A stretch of 51,811 nt of DNA from an uncultured Syntrophaceae bacterium (GTDB lineage Bacteria; Desulfobacterota; Syntrophia; Syntrophales; UBA2185). A program made the translations under genes and the position numbers. Positions 8,691-18,545 of this stretch are shown here, piece by piece (the first letter of the stretch is position 1; the number at the start of each line of letters is the position of its first letter). The DNA lies in the NCBI GenBank assembly GCA_903893135.1, contig CAITLA010000273.1, positions 1 to 51,811 of the forward strand. Direction: 5' to 3'. The notes below the pieces were generated by a model, which did not search any database, had not been told where the DNA came from, and saw nothing but the letters and a program-made list of their open reading frames with translations.

Positions 8691-9992
8691 ATGGGTCAAT
8701 TTACAAGGAATATCGGCGAATCAATGGTCACCTCTATCGCCTCGTTGATTCTCGGGATGATACTTTCCATTGTGCTGGCTCGCTACTTACAGCCAGAAGG
8801 TTATGGTAAATACTCCTTTATTTTTTTAGTTTGCTTTCTCGTATACCAGGTCAGCCATCTTTCAATTTCTGGTGCGAATATATTTCTTGTGGGAAAAAGA
8901 ATATTCAGTCCTTCTCAAACCGGTACCGCCTCTTTGATTATCTCTTTTGGTTTAGGTCTTGTCGGACTTCTTTTATTCGGACTCATAGCAAACCTGGGAC
9001 CTATCAGGGAAGAAATTATCCAAAAAGGAATAGGATATAATTTGCTTTGGATTGCAGTAGCGACAGTGCCTATTCTGATGCTTTCAGACAACCTGAAAGG
9101 TATTTTCCTTGGAATGGAGAAAATACGCCTTGTCAACATCCTACTGCTCTCGTACTTAGGTTTTCAGTTGTTTTCTAGTTTTATTTTTGTGGTCTTATTA
9201 AAAATGGAGCTTACCGGGGCGATTGTTGCCTACTTGTTAGCCAACATAGCAGGGTCATTCTTAGTTTTAGCTTGTTTTATGAGATCACCAAATTTTGAGA
9301 AGGTTCACTTTGCCTCTTATATAAAGCAAGCGCTGGCCTATTCCTGGAAACTTCACCTTGGAGCCATCGTCTTTTTCTTGATCTATAGACTGGACGTGTT
9401 CCTCATCGTATATTTAACAGGAGACATGGTGGCTGTGGGATTTTATGCGGCTGCAGTAGGGTTTGCAGAAAAAATTGATATCATCCCCCGCGTCGTTTCG
9501 AGTGTGCTTTTCCCAAGGATAACGACGATAACAAAAGAAGAGGTCCGCAAATATGGTCCTTTTCTTTCACGAATGACTTTATTGCTTGGCGGACTTCTGG
9601 CGTTGTTCCTGGCTACTATCTCCTACTACGTGGTTGTGCTGTTATTGGGCGTAGAATATGAGTCAGCAGTTATTCCGCTCTGTATCCTTCTGCCAGGTAC
9701 TGTTTTTCTTGGTGGAGGACGCATAGTGAGTACTGAGCTTATGGGACAGGGAAAGACCGATATTCTTGCTGTAGCAAATTGCACCGCCTTGGTCTTCAAT
9801 GTAGTTTTAAATTTGTTATTTATTCCTAAATTCGGCATAAATGCCGCTGCAGCCGTTTCTTCCATTACATACGCCGTTATGTTTATCATTGAATTACGGG
9901 GCTCCTCGCAGCTATCAGGTCTTTCTGTCTCGGAATATTTAATACCGCGGAAAGATGATTTCTTTGAAATTCGCCGACAGCTGTTATCATAA
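8691..9992 (+). CDS. Wzx-type oligosaccharide flippase (MOP superfamily polysaccharide biosynthesis protein)
   Basis: 433 aa with about 12 TM helices. Typical Polysacc_synt organisation and locus context. Confidence 0.85.
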   Translation: MGQFTRNIGESMVTSIASLILGMILSIVLARYLQPEGYGKYSFIFLVCFLVYQVSHLSISGANIFLVGKRIFSPSQTGTASLIISFGLGLVGLLLFGLIANLGPIREEIIQKGIGYNLLWIAVATVPILMLSDNLKGIFLGMEKIRLVNILLLSYLGFQLFSSFIFVVLLKMELTGAIVAYLLANIAGSFLVLACFMRSPNFEKVHFASYIKQALAYSWKLHLGAIVFFLIYRLDVFLIVYLTGDMVAVGFYAAAVGFAEKIDIIPRVVSSVLFPRITTITKEEVRKYGPFLSRMTLLLGGLLALFLATISYYVVVLLLGVEYESAVIPLCILLPGTVFLGGGRIVSTELMGQGKTDILAVANCTALVFNVVLNLLFIPKFGINAAAAVSSITYAVMFIIELRGSSQLSGLSVSEYLIPRKDDFFEIRRQLLS

Positions 9993-10130
9993 TTACACTT
10001 CTTGTCGAATTTCTTAGCAAATTAAAGGGGTCATTCGTGACATTCATATCGCGAAGACCGGTTTCCATCAAACATATGCTCGTCCGTCTGATCTCATCTG
10101 AAAAAAGTTTTGACAGGTTAGTGAACTAAC

Positions 10131-11351
10131 ATGCACATTTGTATTATTTCTGCATTTGCAATTACAGAAAAAGATAACTTGGGAGGCGTCCACACCCATA
10201 CTGAAATGCTTTCAAATATCTTAACTAAAATGGGGAACAAAGTTACCTTTATTACTGCTGGTGATCAGAACGAATCTCATGAAAAGACGATCAATGGTAT
10301 CAGAGTTATCTTTACTCCAGGCAGCAAGACTGAAGTGGTGGATAAGGAGTGGATAAGAAATCTTTGTAATACTTTTAACGAACTCCAAAAGAAGGATCCC
10401 GTTGACTGCATTTTTTCCGAAGGTTATTATGCCTACGGTCTGCAGGGCCATCATATTTTTAGTAAAGTCCCGATTGTTACCTTTGTACATAATTTTCATC
10501 TAACTCAGTTTTACAAGAACTTCAGTGAAGTGCGGAGCATCCGATCACTTGCAAGTTATGTTTTTAAAACCGTCCCACGTTTGGTCTTCAGGATGCTGAA
10601 ATTTGAAATCCCGTTCTTTCAAAGTTCTCATTTCGTCATTTCTGTCTCTGAGCTGAATGCCAAATACCTTCAGAATGTATATATGATTCCGAAACACAAA
10701 CTTAGTGTAATACATAACTGGGTGAACGTAGATGAGTTCAGCCCGAACTACTCTTATAAATCTGAATATAGAAGACGGTTCCATCTTTCCAAGGATACCA
10801 TCGTTTTCCTACTGGTTGGTGCTCTATGGAGACCTAAAGGATTTCATGTCGCTATTAAATCTTTTATTAAATTTGTTGAGCGGTTTCCGGATGCTCTCTT
10901 GATGATCGCTGGCACTGGGGTAGACGAAGAAAGTTTGCGAAAACTCGTTGCTGAAAATAATTTGATTACGGACAGAGTTAGATTTTTAGGTTTGTGGAAA
11001 CATTCCGAGCTACCATACCTTTACAATTTGGCGGATATCTTCTTAATACCGTCCATACACCCGGAAGGACATGCCTATACTTTGATTGAAGCGATGTCCT
11101 GTGGACTTCCATCAATTGCAACAAAATTGGGGGGGAACATCGAGACCATTGGCGACGCAGGAATCTTAGTCCCACCAAGGGATGAAGATGCCATGCTAAA
11201 GTCAATGATTGAATTGGCACAAGATGCCCGGAAAAGAGAGTATCTTTCTCACAACGCAAGGGAACGAGTCTTAGAATATTTTTCCGAAAAGATAGCGTCC
11301 GAAAAATTCCTGTCGCTTCTTGCCAAGATTCCTCCCGAGAAAAGGCATTAG
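10131..11351 (+). CDS. Glycosyltransferase family 4 (GT-B, retaining)
   Basis: C-terminal EX7E region PSIHPEGHAYTLIEAMSCGLP, plus GG..E..GDAG. It is a paralogue of the 12048-13325 product. Confidence 0.9.
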   Translation: MHICIISAFAITEKDNLGGVHTHTEMLSNILTKMGNKVTFITAGDQNESHEKTINGIRVIFTPGSKTEVVDKEWIRNLCNTFNELQKKDPVDCIFSEGYYAYGLQGHHIFSKVPIVTFVHNFHLTQFYKNFSEVRSIRSLASYVFKTVPRLVFRMLKFEIPFFQSSHFVISVSELNAKYLQNVYMIPKHKLSVIHNWVNVDEFSPNYSYKSEYRRRFHLSKDTIVFLLVGALWRPKGFHVAIKSFIKFVERFPDALLMIAGTGVDEESLRKLVAENNLITDRVRFLGLWKHSELPYLYNLADIFLIPSIHPEGHAYTLIEAMSCGLPSIATKLGGNIETIGDAGILVPPRDEDAMLKSMIELAQDARKREYLSHNARERVLEYFSEKIASEKFLSLLAKIPPEKRH

Positions 11352-11363
11352 GTCAAAGATCCC

Positions 11364-12014
11364 ATGTTTATTGATGAATCTCTATGGATTAAGAGCAACC
11401 TGAGTCAGTTGTATTTGCCGCCCAGAAGCCGCATTCTTGACATCGGCTCATCTACTACAGACTTTCGTGCAACGCAACCCCATATAACCGAAAATGTTTA
11501 TAGACCACTTAATGAAAGAGGCTTTGATATTATTCACTTTGATGCGCGGCCCGGCGATGGCATAGATATCGTAGGCGATATCGAAAATCCGGACATAATC
11601 GAGCAGATAGGAGAAAAATTCAATCTTGTGCTATGTGCCAACTTACTCGAACACGTATCTAACGTTGAAAGTACTGTAGGTAATGTAATTAACCTGGTAC
11701 GCAAGGATGGCTACCTTCTATTAACCGCACCTAACAAATATCCAAGACATGATGATCCGATAGATACCATGTATCGTCCATCAGACAGAGAATTACAAGA
11801 ACTGGCTTCCAGACACGCTGCCATAACGATTATTGCCTCTGAAATCTTAGACATTAGAAATCACATTTATTATTTTTATGAATCCAGGTATCCCTTTTGG
11901 GGCTACCGTAAATTCCGATTCTGGAGATATTATTTTAATCGCTTTCGATGGAAGCAGTCCTGTTTGCTCTTAAGAGTGCATTCACAATTCGATCGTTGCT
12001 TGGAAATCAGATGA
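11364..12014 (+). CDS. Class I SAM-dependent methyltransferase
   Basis: ILDIGSSTTDF (motif I) and FNLVLCANLLEHV. Confidence 0.75.
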   Translation: MFIDESLWIKSNLSQLYLPPRSRILDIGSSTTDFRATQPHITENVYRPLNERGFDIIHFDARPGDGIDIVGDIENPDIIEQIGEKFNLVLCANLLEHVSNVESTVGNVINLVRKDGYLLLTAPNKYPRHDDPIDTMYRPSDRELQELASRHAAITIIASEILDIRNHIYYFYESRYPFWGYRKFRFWRYYFNRFRWKQSCLLLRVHSQFDRCLEIR

Positions 12015-12047
12015 TTATAGATTCTGTCATTCAGCCTTATCCACGGA

Positions 12048-13325
12048 GTGCGTAAATTGTTAGGTTCTTCAAGCAGAAGCCTTCATCTTTGTATCTTATC
12101 AGATAGAGAAATATCCGAAGGTCCACACGACTGGGGCGGCATTCAGACTCATACCAAGAACCTTATATCCCTGTTTCTTCGAGAAGGACATGCCGTATCG
12201 CTGATTACAAGAGAAGGTGAAGAGTTAAACAACGGAGACCTGACTGTTATACCCGCAATTGACAAACGGACAGATGGAAATAATAAAATCTGGTACAGAG
12301 CCTCCGCCGACGCTTTTCTCAGACTTCATGGCAGGAAGCCCGTCGATTGCACTTTTTCAGAAGGAGAGGCGGTATGGGGCGCAATGAAATCGATACTGGA
12401 GAAAAGGATCCCTATAGTCGCATGTGTTCATAATTTGCGCTTCGGACACTTTTACGATAATTTCCAGGAGGTCGATGGACTGCGGCCGCTGGGAAGTTAC
12501 ACTTGCAAGTTTGTCCCCAAGCTTCTTTATGGAATGCTGACCCTTGAAATCCCCTTTCTGAAGAACTGTAAAAGGATTATCTCTGTATCGCCAACTGTTG
12601 CCCGGCGAATAGAAAGTCTGTATCATATTCCCCGTGAACGTATAACGGTCATTCACAACTGGCTGTCACCGGAAGACGGGTTCGTGTTCAATGAAGCAGC
12701 CCGCCATGAAATCAGAAAGCAATTCGGCATATCCGAAAATGATATCATCTTTATACTGGTGGGATCTCTTTGGAGGCCTAAGGGCTTTCGCGTTGTTCTG
12801 CGTGCTTTTGAGGAGGTTTTAAAAGAAGTGCCCAATTCATATCTTTTTATAGCAGGAGAAGGAGTAGATCGGGATCGATTATTCTTTGAAAATCGTTTGA
12901 AACAGTCAAAAGTTTTGACAGACCACGTCAGATTACTCGGGCTTTATCCGAGAAGCGAATTGCCTTCCCTACTCTCTGCGGCAGATACATTTATCATGTC
13001 CTCTTTAGCCAATGAGGCCTTTCCTTTCACTCTGCTTGAGGCAATGTCCATGGGGCTTCCAATCATTGCGACAGATACTCGCGCCCATAGAGAGGTGCTT
13101 GGCAATGAGGGATTTTTTGTTAAACGGAGAGACGCAAAATCTCTCACGCGAGCAATGATATCATTCGCCTCAAACCTGGCCTATAGAAAGGAAGAGGCGA
13201 TTACAAACAACAAGAGAGCGAATGAATGTTTTTCTTATGAATTGGCGGCGAAAAAGATTAATGGAGTCATCAGTGACGTTATGGCACAATCCGACCAGGG
13301 AAACAATTCGAACAATAACAATTAG
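12048..13325 (+). CDS. Glycosyltransferase family 4
   Basis: GTG start. EX7E region SSLANEAFPFTLLEAMSMGLP. It shares PVDC.FSEG, VHN..F..FY.NF.EV and LEIPF blocks with the 10131-11351 product. Confidence 0.9.
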   Translation: MRKLLGSSSRSLHLCILSDREISEGPHDWGGIQTHTKNLISLFLREGHAVSLITREGEELNNGDLTVIPAIDKRTDGNNKIWYRASADAFLRLHGRKPVDCTFSEGEAVWGAMKSILEKRIPIVACVHNLRFGHFYDNFQEVDGLRPLGSYTCKFVPKLLYGMLTLEIPFLKNCKRIISVSPTVARRIESLYHIPRERITVIHNWLSPEDGFVFNEAARHEIRKQFGISENDIIFILVGSLWRPKGFRVVLRAFEEVLKEVPNSYLFIAGEGVDRDRLFFENRLKQSKVLTDHVRLLGLYPRSELPSLLSAADTFIMSSLANEAFPFTLLEAMSMGLPIIATDTRAHREVLGNEGFFVKRRDAKSLTRAMISFASNLAYRKEEAITNNKRANECFSYELAAKKINGVISDVMAQSDQGNNSNNNN

Positions 13326-13334
13326 GCTTATCGT

Positions 13335-14126
13335 ATGCATAGCGGCTATTCATTAGAACAGATAAAGAAGGCATATATACAAAAGAAGGAATGGGAGAAA
13401 CAATTCCCCATCAACTATTTTTTTGTCCGCCCCATCTCATTTTATATTACTTACGTAATTCTGAAAATTACGACGAGGGCTGATCGAATTGCTTATTTCG
13501 GAGCCTTGTTGGGGATATGTGGATGTTTTTTTCTCGCATATTCTTTCCGATGGTCCGTCTGGCCTGGAATTATTTTTGTCGCATTATTTTCCATTTCCGA
13601 CGCTGTTGACGGCAATGTGGCGAGAACCACAAACGACGAAACGCTCTGGGGAATTTATCTGGATGGCCTGATCGGTACTCTCATCGAAACAAGTTATCTC
13701 TTTTTTCTCGGAACTGGATTGTATCTTTCGGGTACCGGCATTAGCGACCCGATCATTTCATCATTTTTCCATGAACATGCTCATTATGTGCCTTTTGTCT
13801 TCGGGTCACTAATTACCATATTCAAATTATGGTCATTTTACTTCGCAAGTTCATATGAGATATTTCAGTCACGCAAAGAAGGTGTATCGCCATTTACTGA
13901 AGCACATGCAAAGAAAACAATTGGCACATCCCGATTCAGTAAACAATGGTACTTTTTAATTTTTATCAACCTTGATTCCCTGAACAATCAATTGTTGCTA
14001 TTAATTATATCCGCCATTTTCAAACTGGAAATATGGTTTTTAATATTTTTCACATGTTATTTCGCAGCCAAGGCACTGCTATACCTTCTCTATTATTTCA
14101 AAAAAACAAGTAAAGCTCTCCGATGA
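13335..14126 (+). CDS. CDP-alcohol phosphatidyltransferase family membrane protein
   Basis: Motif DAVDGNVARTTNDETLWGIYLDGLIG approximates D-G-x2-A-R-x8-G-x3-D-x3-D, with the last Asp not conserved. Multi-TM protein. Confidence 0.65.
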   Translation: MHSGYSLEQIKKAYIQKKEWEKQFPINYFFVRPISFYITYVILKITTRADRIAYFGALLGICGCFFLAYSFRWSVWPGIIFVALFSISDAVDGNVARTTNDETLWGIYLDGLIGTLIETSYLFFLGTGLYLSGTGISDPIISSFFHEHAHYVPFVFGSLITIFKLWSFYFASSYEIFQSRKEGVSPFTEAHAKKTIGTSRFSKQWYFLIFINLDSLNNQLLLLIISAIFKLEIWFLIFFTCYFAAKALLYLLYYFKKTSKALR

Positions 14127-14213
14127 TTCCCTGCATCTGTTTTTGTAGCAGGTGTGGTCAGTTCATAAAGAAATCGTTTGCTATTAAGAACTGACTGCAT
14201 TTAAGAATGTCAT

Positions 14214-14420
14214 TTGCGTCATCAAATGTACTCATTAAGAGCCTTTGATCATATCCTGCCACACATTGGCGATTACCAATTACCCTTTCCGCATCCGGGA
14301 AGCTGGGCGCTCAACGAAGATTCATGCAAAGGTCTCGGCACTATTATGAGAACCCTCAAAGTAAAGCATGTTCTGGAATTGGGGATGTTCACATCAGGAT
14401 ATTATTTAAGCCTACACTGA
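14214..14420 (+). pseudogene. Possible fragment of a class I (Methyltransf_24-like) methyltransferase
   Basis: 68-aa ORF in a 600-bp gap. GSWALNEDSCKGLGTIMRTLKVKHVLELGMFTSGY resembles the region leading into motif I (..iLElG.f.G.S) and then stops. Confidence 0.3.
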
Positions 14421-14720
14421 ATTATCTATGAAAGTAACGACTTCGGAAGACAATTTTGCTAGTATACGGAAATTCTCATCTCGGAGGTCGCGAAATGACA
14501 AAAGCTCAGAAAAATATCAGCAGAAAGCTTCGTGTGCTGTCCAATGCTCAGCAAATCCGGCAGACTTTTTATGAATACTGATCAGCAAGATCGATATTTT
14601 CCTCTATCTATTCGCACTATATTATCCGAGTTGTCACCTATGCCGTTTACTTTCTTTTCCGCGCACAGAAGCGGCTAGAATAAATCCATGGCATAGGATT
14701 GAATATATGGAGAACAGTGA

Positions 14721-15392
14721 ATGAATAACATGAAATTGCATTATCGTGTCGCTATAGCAGCGGCAAAACAGTTCGATCAGTTTTTCGGAACATCGATGAA
14801 GGAAAGAGTCGGCCGCTTCTATAGATACTTTCTTAAAAAACTGTCACCAATTCGGAGGATGACTGACCCCTTATTAATTGAACTCCAATACTACCTTGCA
14901 ATAAAACGGCCAAAAAATCTGAAGCTTCATTTAGGATGCGGTTGGAAACACTTTACCGGCTATATCAACGTAGACCTCTGGATTACAGATGCAACGGACA
15001 TAATCTGTGACATTGCGTCGTTACCATGGCCAGATAACTCTGTAGACGTTATCGAAAGTTATCATGTCATTGAGCATATTTCGCATACAGAGATAAAGAA
15101 AACATTGAAAGAGTGGCACCGAGCACTAAGTTCTAATGGCAAACTAATTCTTGAATGTCCGAATTTTGACAGTGCTGTTCAGGAATATCTTGGAGGCAAC
15201 GAAGAACGGCTGCTTAATATTTTCGGAAGACAACGGTTCGATGGTGATTCCCATCTCTACGGATATAGTCCGCAGCGACTTACAAAATTGCTTACAGAAA
15301 TAGGATTCACTAATATCTGTGTGAAGGTTCCTCAAAGTTCGCAAAGTCTCGATGAACCATCTTTTCGTGTTGAATGTCAGAAAACCCTATAG
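14721..15392 (+). CDS. Class I SAM-dependent methyltransferase (type 11-like)
   Basis: LHLGCGWKHFTGYINVD and VDVIESYHVIEHI. Confidence 0.85.
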   Translation: MNNMKLHYRVAIAAAKQFDQFFGTSMKERVGRFYRYFLKKLSPIRRMTDPLLIELQYYLAIKRPKNLKLHLGCGWKHFTGYINVDLWITDATDIICDIASLPWPDNSVDVIESYHVIEHISHTEIKKTLKEWHRALSSNGKLILECPNFDSAVQEYLGGNEERLLNIFGRQRFDGDSHLYGYSPQRLTKLLTEIGFTNICVKVPQSSQSLDEPSFRVECQKTL

Positions 15393-15544
15393 AAAAAAGA
15401 AATATCCACGTCTTAATATACTCGCGTGGCATCATTTGCGGTGCTTATCGCATAATGGTAGATATTCTCAAAAATATCGACAGAAACAAGTTTCGACTTT
15501 CTGTTGCCTACAAACCGGAATATGATGATCCCAGTTCTCCTTAA
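15392..15544 (+). pseudogene. 5' fragment (about 50 codons) of a GT4 glycosyltransferase gene with no start codon
   Basis: Frame 2 reads EKRNIHVLIYSRGIICGAYRIMVDILKNIDRNKFRLSVAYKPEYDDPSSP*. This parallels the N-terminus of the 16478-17638 GT4 (INILMLSASLSLTGTHRILHDLVSGLDHQKFNISIAFKPEFSGP). Confidence 0.55.
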
Positions 15545-15648
15545 CTATGGTGTGGTATCGGTGTTGATGGAAAATGAGTATCGAGTGAGCGAATTTTCCG
15601 GTTCAGCAATCCGATTTGGGGCTGTTTCACCTGTTACTAGGAGCTTCT

Positions 15649-16437
15649 ATGATTACAGAATTATTTAGACAGCCGAAATATATCCTGACAATTACAAAAC
15701 TAAAACATATTTATGATGCGCTGAGAGAACCTCATCACGCTATAAAGGTATTTAAATACCACTATCGCAGAGTTTCCGAACCGGCTTTCATAGATTTTTT
15801 CTCCAAGCAATGGGGATGTTCAGATCGGGATATTATTCAAGCCTACACCGGATTAACTGATAACGCTCCTCTCTGGCAGGAAATCAAAGAGAAGCTCTCT
15901 GTTTACCCTAGCGGTTACGGCTTACAGATGACCAGGGAACTTCCCTGCCTTTATTTACTCATTAGATTGACACAGCCTGATACAGTAATAGAAACAGGAG
16001 TTTCGTCTGGCGCTTCTTCTACATATATTCTACGTTCTTTACACGATAACAATAGAGGCAGACTCTATTCCATAGACTTACCACCTGAGAATCTTCCAGA
16101 GGGTAAAGAGAGCGGTTGGATCGTGCCTCAATATCTCAGAAATAGATGGTCATTGCACATTGGCGATTCAAAGGAACTTTTGGAGCCACTATTGGATAGC
16201 GTTGGAGAAATTGACTGTTTCATGCACGATAGCCTTCATACCTATGAGCACATGTTGTGGGAATTTAGAACGGTATGGAAACACTTGAGATCAGGAGGGC
16301 TCCTTCTGTCTCATGATGTCGGCGCCAATGACGCATTTCTTGATTTTATGCAGGAAAAATGCATTCCATGGTCAAAATATCGTGTTGTTCATGTGCTCGG
16401 CGGATTCATAAAACCCAATGACCGGAAAAGGGATTGA
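15649..16437 (+). CDS. Class I SAM-dependent methyltransferase (Methyltransf_24 / CmcI-like)
   Basis: ATG at 15649 is preceded by AGGAG; the ORF track's TTG at 15616 is less likely. Motifs VIETGVSSGASSTYIL and LLLSHDV. Confidence 0.75.
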   Translation: MITELFRQPKYILTITKLKHIYDALREPHHAIKVFKYHYRRVSEPAFIDFFSKQWGCSDRDIIQAYTGLTDNAPLWQEIKEKLSVYPSGYGLQMTRELPCLYLLIRLTQPDTVIETGVSSGASSTYILRSLHDNNRGRLYSIDLPPENLPEGKESGWIVPQYLRNRWSLHIGDSKELLEPLLDSVGEIDCFMHDSLHTYEHMLWEFRTVWKHLRSGGLLLSHDVGANDAFLDFMQEKCIPWSKYRVVHVLGGFIKPNDRKRD

Positions 16438-16477
16438 GATTAATAGTTAATTTGCCAGACTAAAATAGCTCTTGAAA

Positions 16478-17638
16478 ATGAAACCAATCAACATATTAAT
16501 GCTTTCAGCATCATTAAGTTTGACGGGCACTCACCGCATTCTACATGATTTAGTTTCGGGACTCGATCATCAAAAGTTTAACATTTCGATTGCATTCAAA
16601 CCTGAATTCTCGGGACCAGGTAACGATCTTTTGGCATCTTTTAGTGATCAAGGCTTTTCAGTATATGCACTAGGAGGCCAGAAACTTTTTGGCATGCAAG
16701 GATTTCTGCAGCTTTATCAGGTCATTCGTAGAAACAAAATAGACATTATTCATTGCTGGGATGACCTAGTTATTATAGCACGATTTTTGAAGTTATTCAC
16801 TCGTTGCCATGTTATTGAAAGTCACGGTAACCCCGTTATGTCTAAGGGGTCTCTATCTTACTACTTGCTCAATAAACTTTCATCTATCCTATTGGATGGT
16901 GTTATATTTCAGTCGGAAGGGATAATGAAAAGTTATGAAAATACAAAAGTGATTTTTCTAAAAAGAATAAAGAAGTCTGTCATCCATAATTGCATAAACG
17001 CCAAAACGATTAATAAGACAACCTATAACAGGAGCGAGATAAAAAAGAGATTTGGTGTGGATGACAGAACAATAGTCTTGACAAATATTGGTTACTTTAA
17101 TGAACAAAAGGCACAAGAATTATTAATCCAATCGATAAAGATAGTGGTCGACAGAATTCTACAAGTCAAATTAATTATAGTAGGATGGGGACCTTTGGAA
17201 AACAAATTGCGCGAATTGGTGAAGACACTCAAAATCGAGGACAACGTAATATTTGCAGGCAAGCGTCAACATGAAGAAGTTTTTGAAATATTATCAATCA
17301 CCGATCTATTTGTCCTTTCTTCACTATGGGAGGGATTCGGCTTAGTGATTGGAGAAGCTATGGCCATGGGGAAACCGGTTGTTGCAACAGAAACCGACGG
17401 GAGCCAAGTTCTTGTCGTTGAAAATGAAACGGGGCTATTAGTTCCGCCAGGCGATCCTCGTGCCCTTGCCGCGGCCATTATTTCGCTAATCCGTGACCCG
17501 GAACGAAGAGCCAAGATGGGTGAACTCGGTAGAATCAGGGTTACTACTCTTTTCTCACCGGAGAAGTTTATTCAGGCACATGAATCCTTCTATACTAAAA
17601 TCCTCAATCGAGGCACAGATAAAAATGGAACCAAATAA
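16478..17638 (+). CDS. Glycosyltransferase family 4
   Basis: EX7E region SSLWEGFGLVIGEAMAMGKP. The ATG at 16478 lies inside the TTG-started ORF. Confidence 0.9.
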   Translation: MKPINILMLSASLSLTGTHRILHDLVSGLDHQKFNISIAFKPEFSGPGNDLLASFSDQGFSVYALGGQKLFGMQGFLQLYQVIRRNKIDIIHCWDDLVIIARFLKLFTRCHVIESHGNPVMSKGSLSYYLLNKLSSILLDGVIFQSEGIMKSYENTKVIFLKRIKKSVIHNCINAKTINKTTYNRSEIKKRFGVDDRTIVLTNIGYFNEQKAQELLIQSIKIVVDRILQVKLIIVGWGPLENKLRELVKTLKIEDNVIFAGKRQHEEVFEILSITDLFVLSSLWEGFGLVIGEAMAMGKPVVATETDGSQVLVVENETGLLVPPGDPRALAAAIISLIRDPERRAKMGELGRIRVTTLFSPEKFIQAHESFYTKILNRGTDKNGTK

Positions 17639-18374
17639 AGAAACATATGAGAATAAGGGTATAGTTAAGGTATACAAGAATGCCCTCTATTTGGACAGAG
17701 CGGAACTTGTATTATTATGTAAATTAGACGACAAATTAAAATCAATGAGAATGTTAGACATAGGCGTAGGTGGAGGAAGAACAACTTGTTTCTTTGCCAG
17801 TCGCGTGGCCAGCTATACGGGCATAGATTATTCTGAAAGCATGATCAAAGCATGCAAGGAAAGATTTCCCAAAGAAAAGTTCCTGATATGTGACGTTAGA
17901 AATATGGATGTATTTGACGATAACTCTTTTGATTTGGTATTATTTAGTTTTAACGGGCTTGATTACCTTCCCCATGAAGACAGGCTCAAAGCCTTAAAAG
18001 AGATAAAACGCGTCTGTAGGCAGGAAGGGATATTCTTTTTTTCCAGCCACAACCTGAAGCATATAGATGAGGCATTTAGATTTAAGTGGTCAATAAGCTT
18101 AATTTTAACATTGTCAAATATCAGGAAGTATATACTTTTGAGAATGAAAAATAATAAAAAAAGATTAATGAACATGAAATATGCCATTGTAATTGACGGC
18201 ACGCATAACTTCAAAATAGCCACTCACTATATCTTGGCTGATGAGCAGGTTAATCAATTATCAGATCTTGGATTTAAAAATATAAAAATATTTTCATCAA
18301 TTCACGGCTTAGAGATGGAAAACAATTTTTATAACACAAAAGAGCCGTGGCTTTACTATTTATGCACGAAATAG
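17625..18374 (+). CDS. Class I SAM-dependent methyltransferase
   Basis: The ATG at 17625 overlaps the end of the preceding GT4 by 14 nt. Motif I is MLDIGVGGGRTT. The longer ORF from 17493 is an out-of-frame overlap with the GT4 gene. Confidence 0.8.
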   Translation: MEPNKETYENKGIVKVYKNALYLDRAELVLLCKLDDKLKSMRMLDIGVGGGRTTCFFASRVASYTGIDYSESMIKACKERFPKEKFLICDVRNMDVFDDNSFDLVLFSFNGLDYLPHEDRLKALKEIKRVCRQEGIFFFSSHNLKHIDEAFRFKWSISLILTLSNIRKYILLRMKNNKKRLMNMKYAIVIDGTHNFKIATHYILADEQVNQLSDLGFKNIKIFSSIHGLEMENNFYNTKEPWLYYLCTK

Positions 18375-18413
18375 AATTTATACATTATTACCCCTGCAAT
18401 TAAACACGCCAAT

Positions 18414-18510
18414 TGTCATGCCGGACTTGAGCCGGCATCCAGAATCTTAGCTGGATTCCCGATTTCTCGGGAATGACAGGATTGATATAATTATTTGCCG
18501 GACTAATAAT
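18414..18510. repeat. Intergenic nested-hairpin repeat (GTCAT.CC...GGAATGAC family)
   Basis: Hairpins ATGCCGG-acttgag-CCGGCAT and ATTCCCGA-tttc-TCGGGAAT, followed by ATTGATATAATTATTTGCCGGACTAATAA. That last stretch recurs nearly identically at 49533-49560. Confidence 0.75.
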
Positions 18511-18545
18511 TCTCCCTCCTCTCCCCCAATATTAATTGAAGACAA

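Noticed and set aside
10109-10114. A TTGACA hexamer upstream of the first GT4 gene, considered as a -35 box.
   Set aside because: A -10 element at the proper spacing would overlap the ATG at 10131, so the geometry does not fit a functional promoter for this gene.
14495-14581. The 28-codon ORF (MTKAQKNISRKLRVLSNAQQIRQTFYEY) as a remnant of an IS481-type transposase N-terminus (..RKL.VL.HA....SR..FY.W..).
   Set aside because: Only a handful of residues match, there are no inverted repeats and no further transposase-like sequence. This is too little evidence to call a mobile-element scar.
17493-17624. N-terminal extensions offered by the ORF track for several genes: 17493, 22476, 28483, 39693, 46502(-), 15616 and 16472.
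   Set aside because: The extensions overlap the 3' end of the preceding gene out of frame and have biased composition. Internal ATGs give canonical N-termini (for example MKILIVALDFPP, MTGRKKINKAGFTLIE) and ATGA/TAATG coupling, so the shorter coordinates were used.
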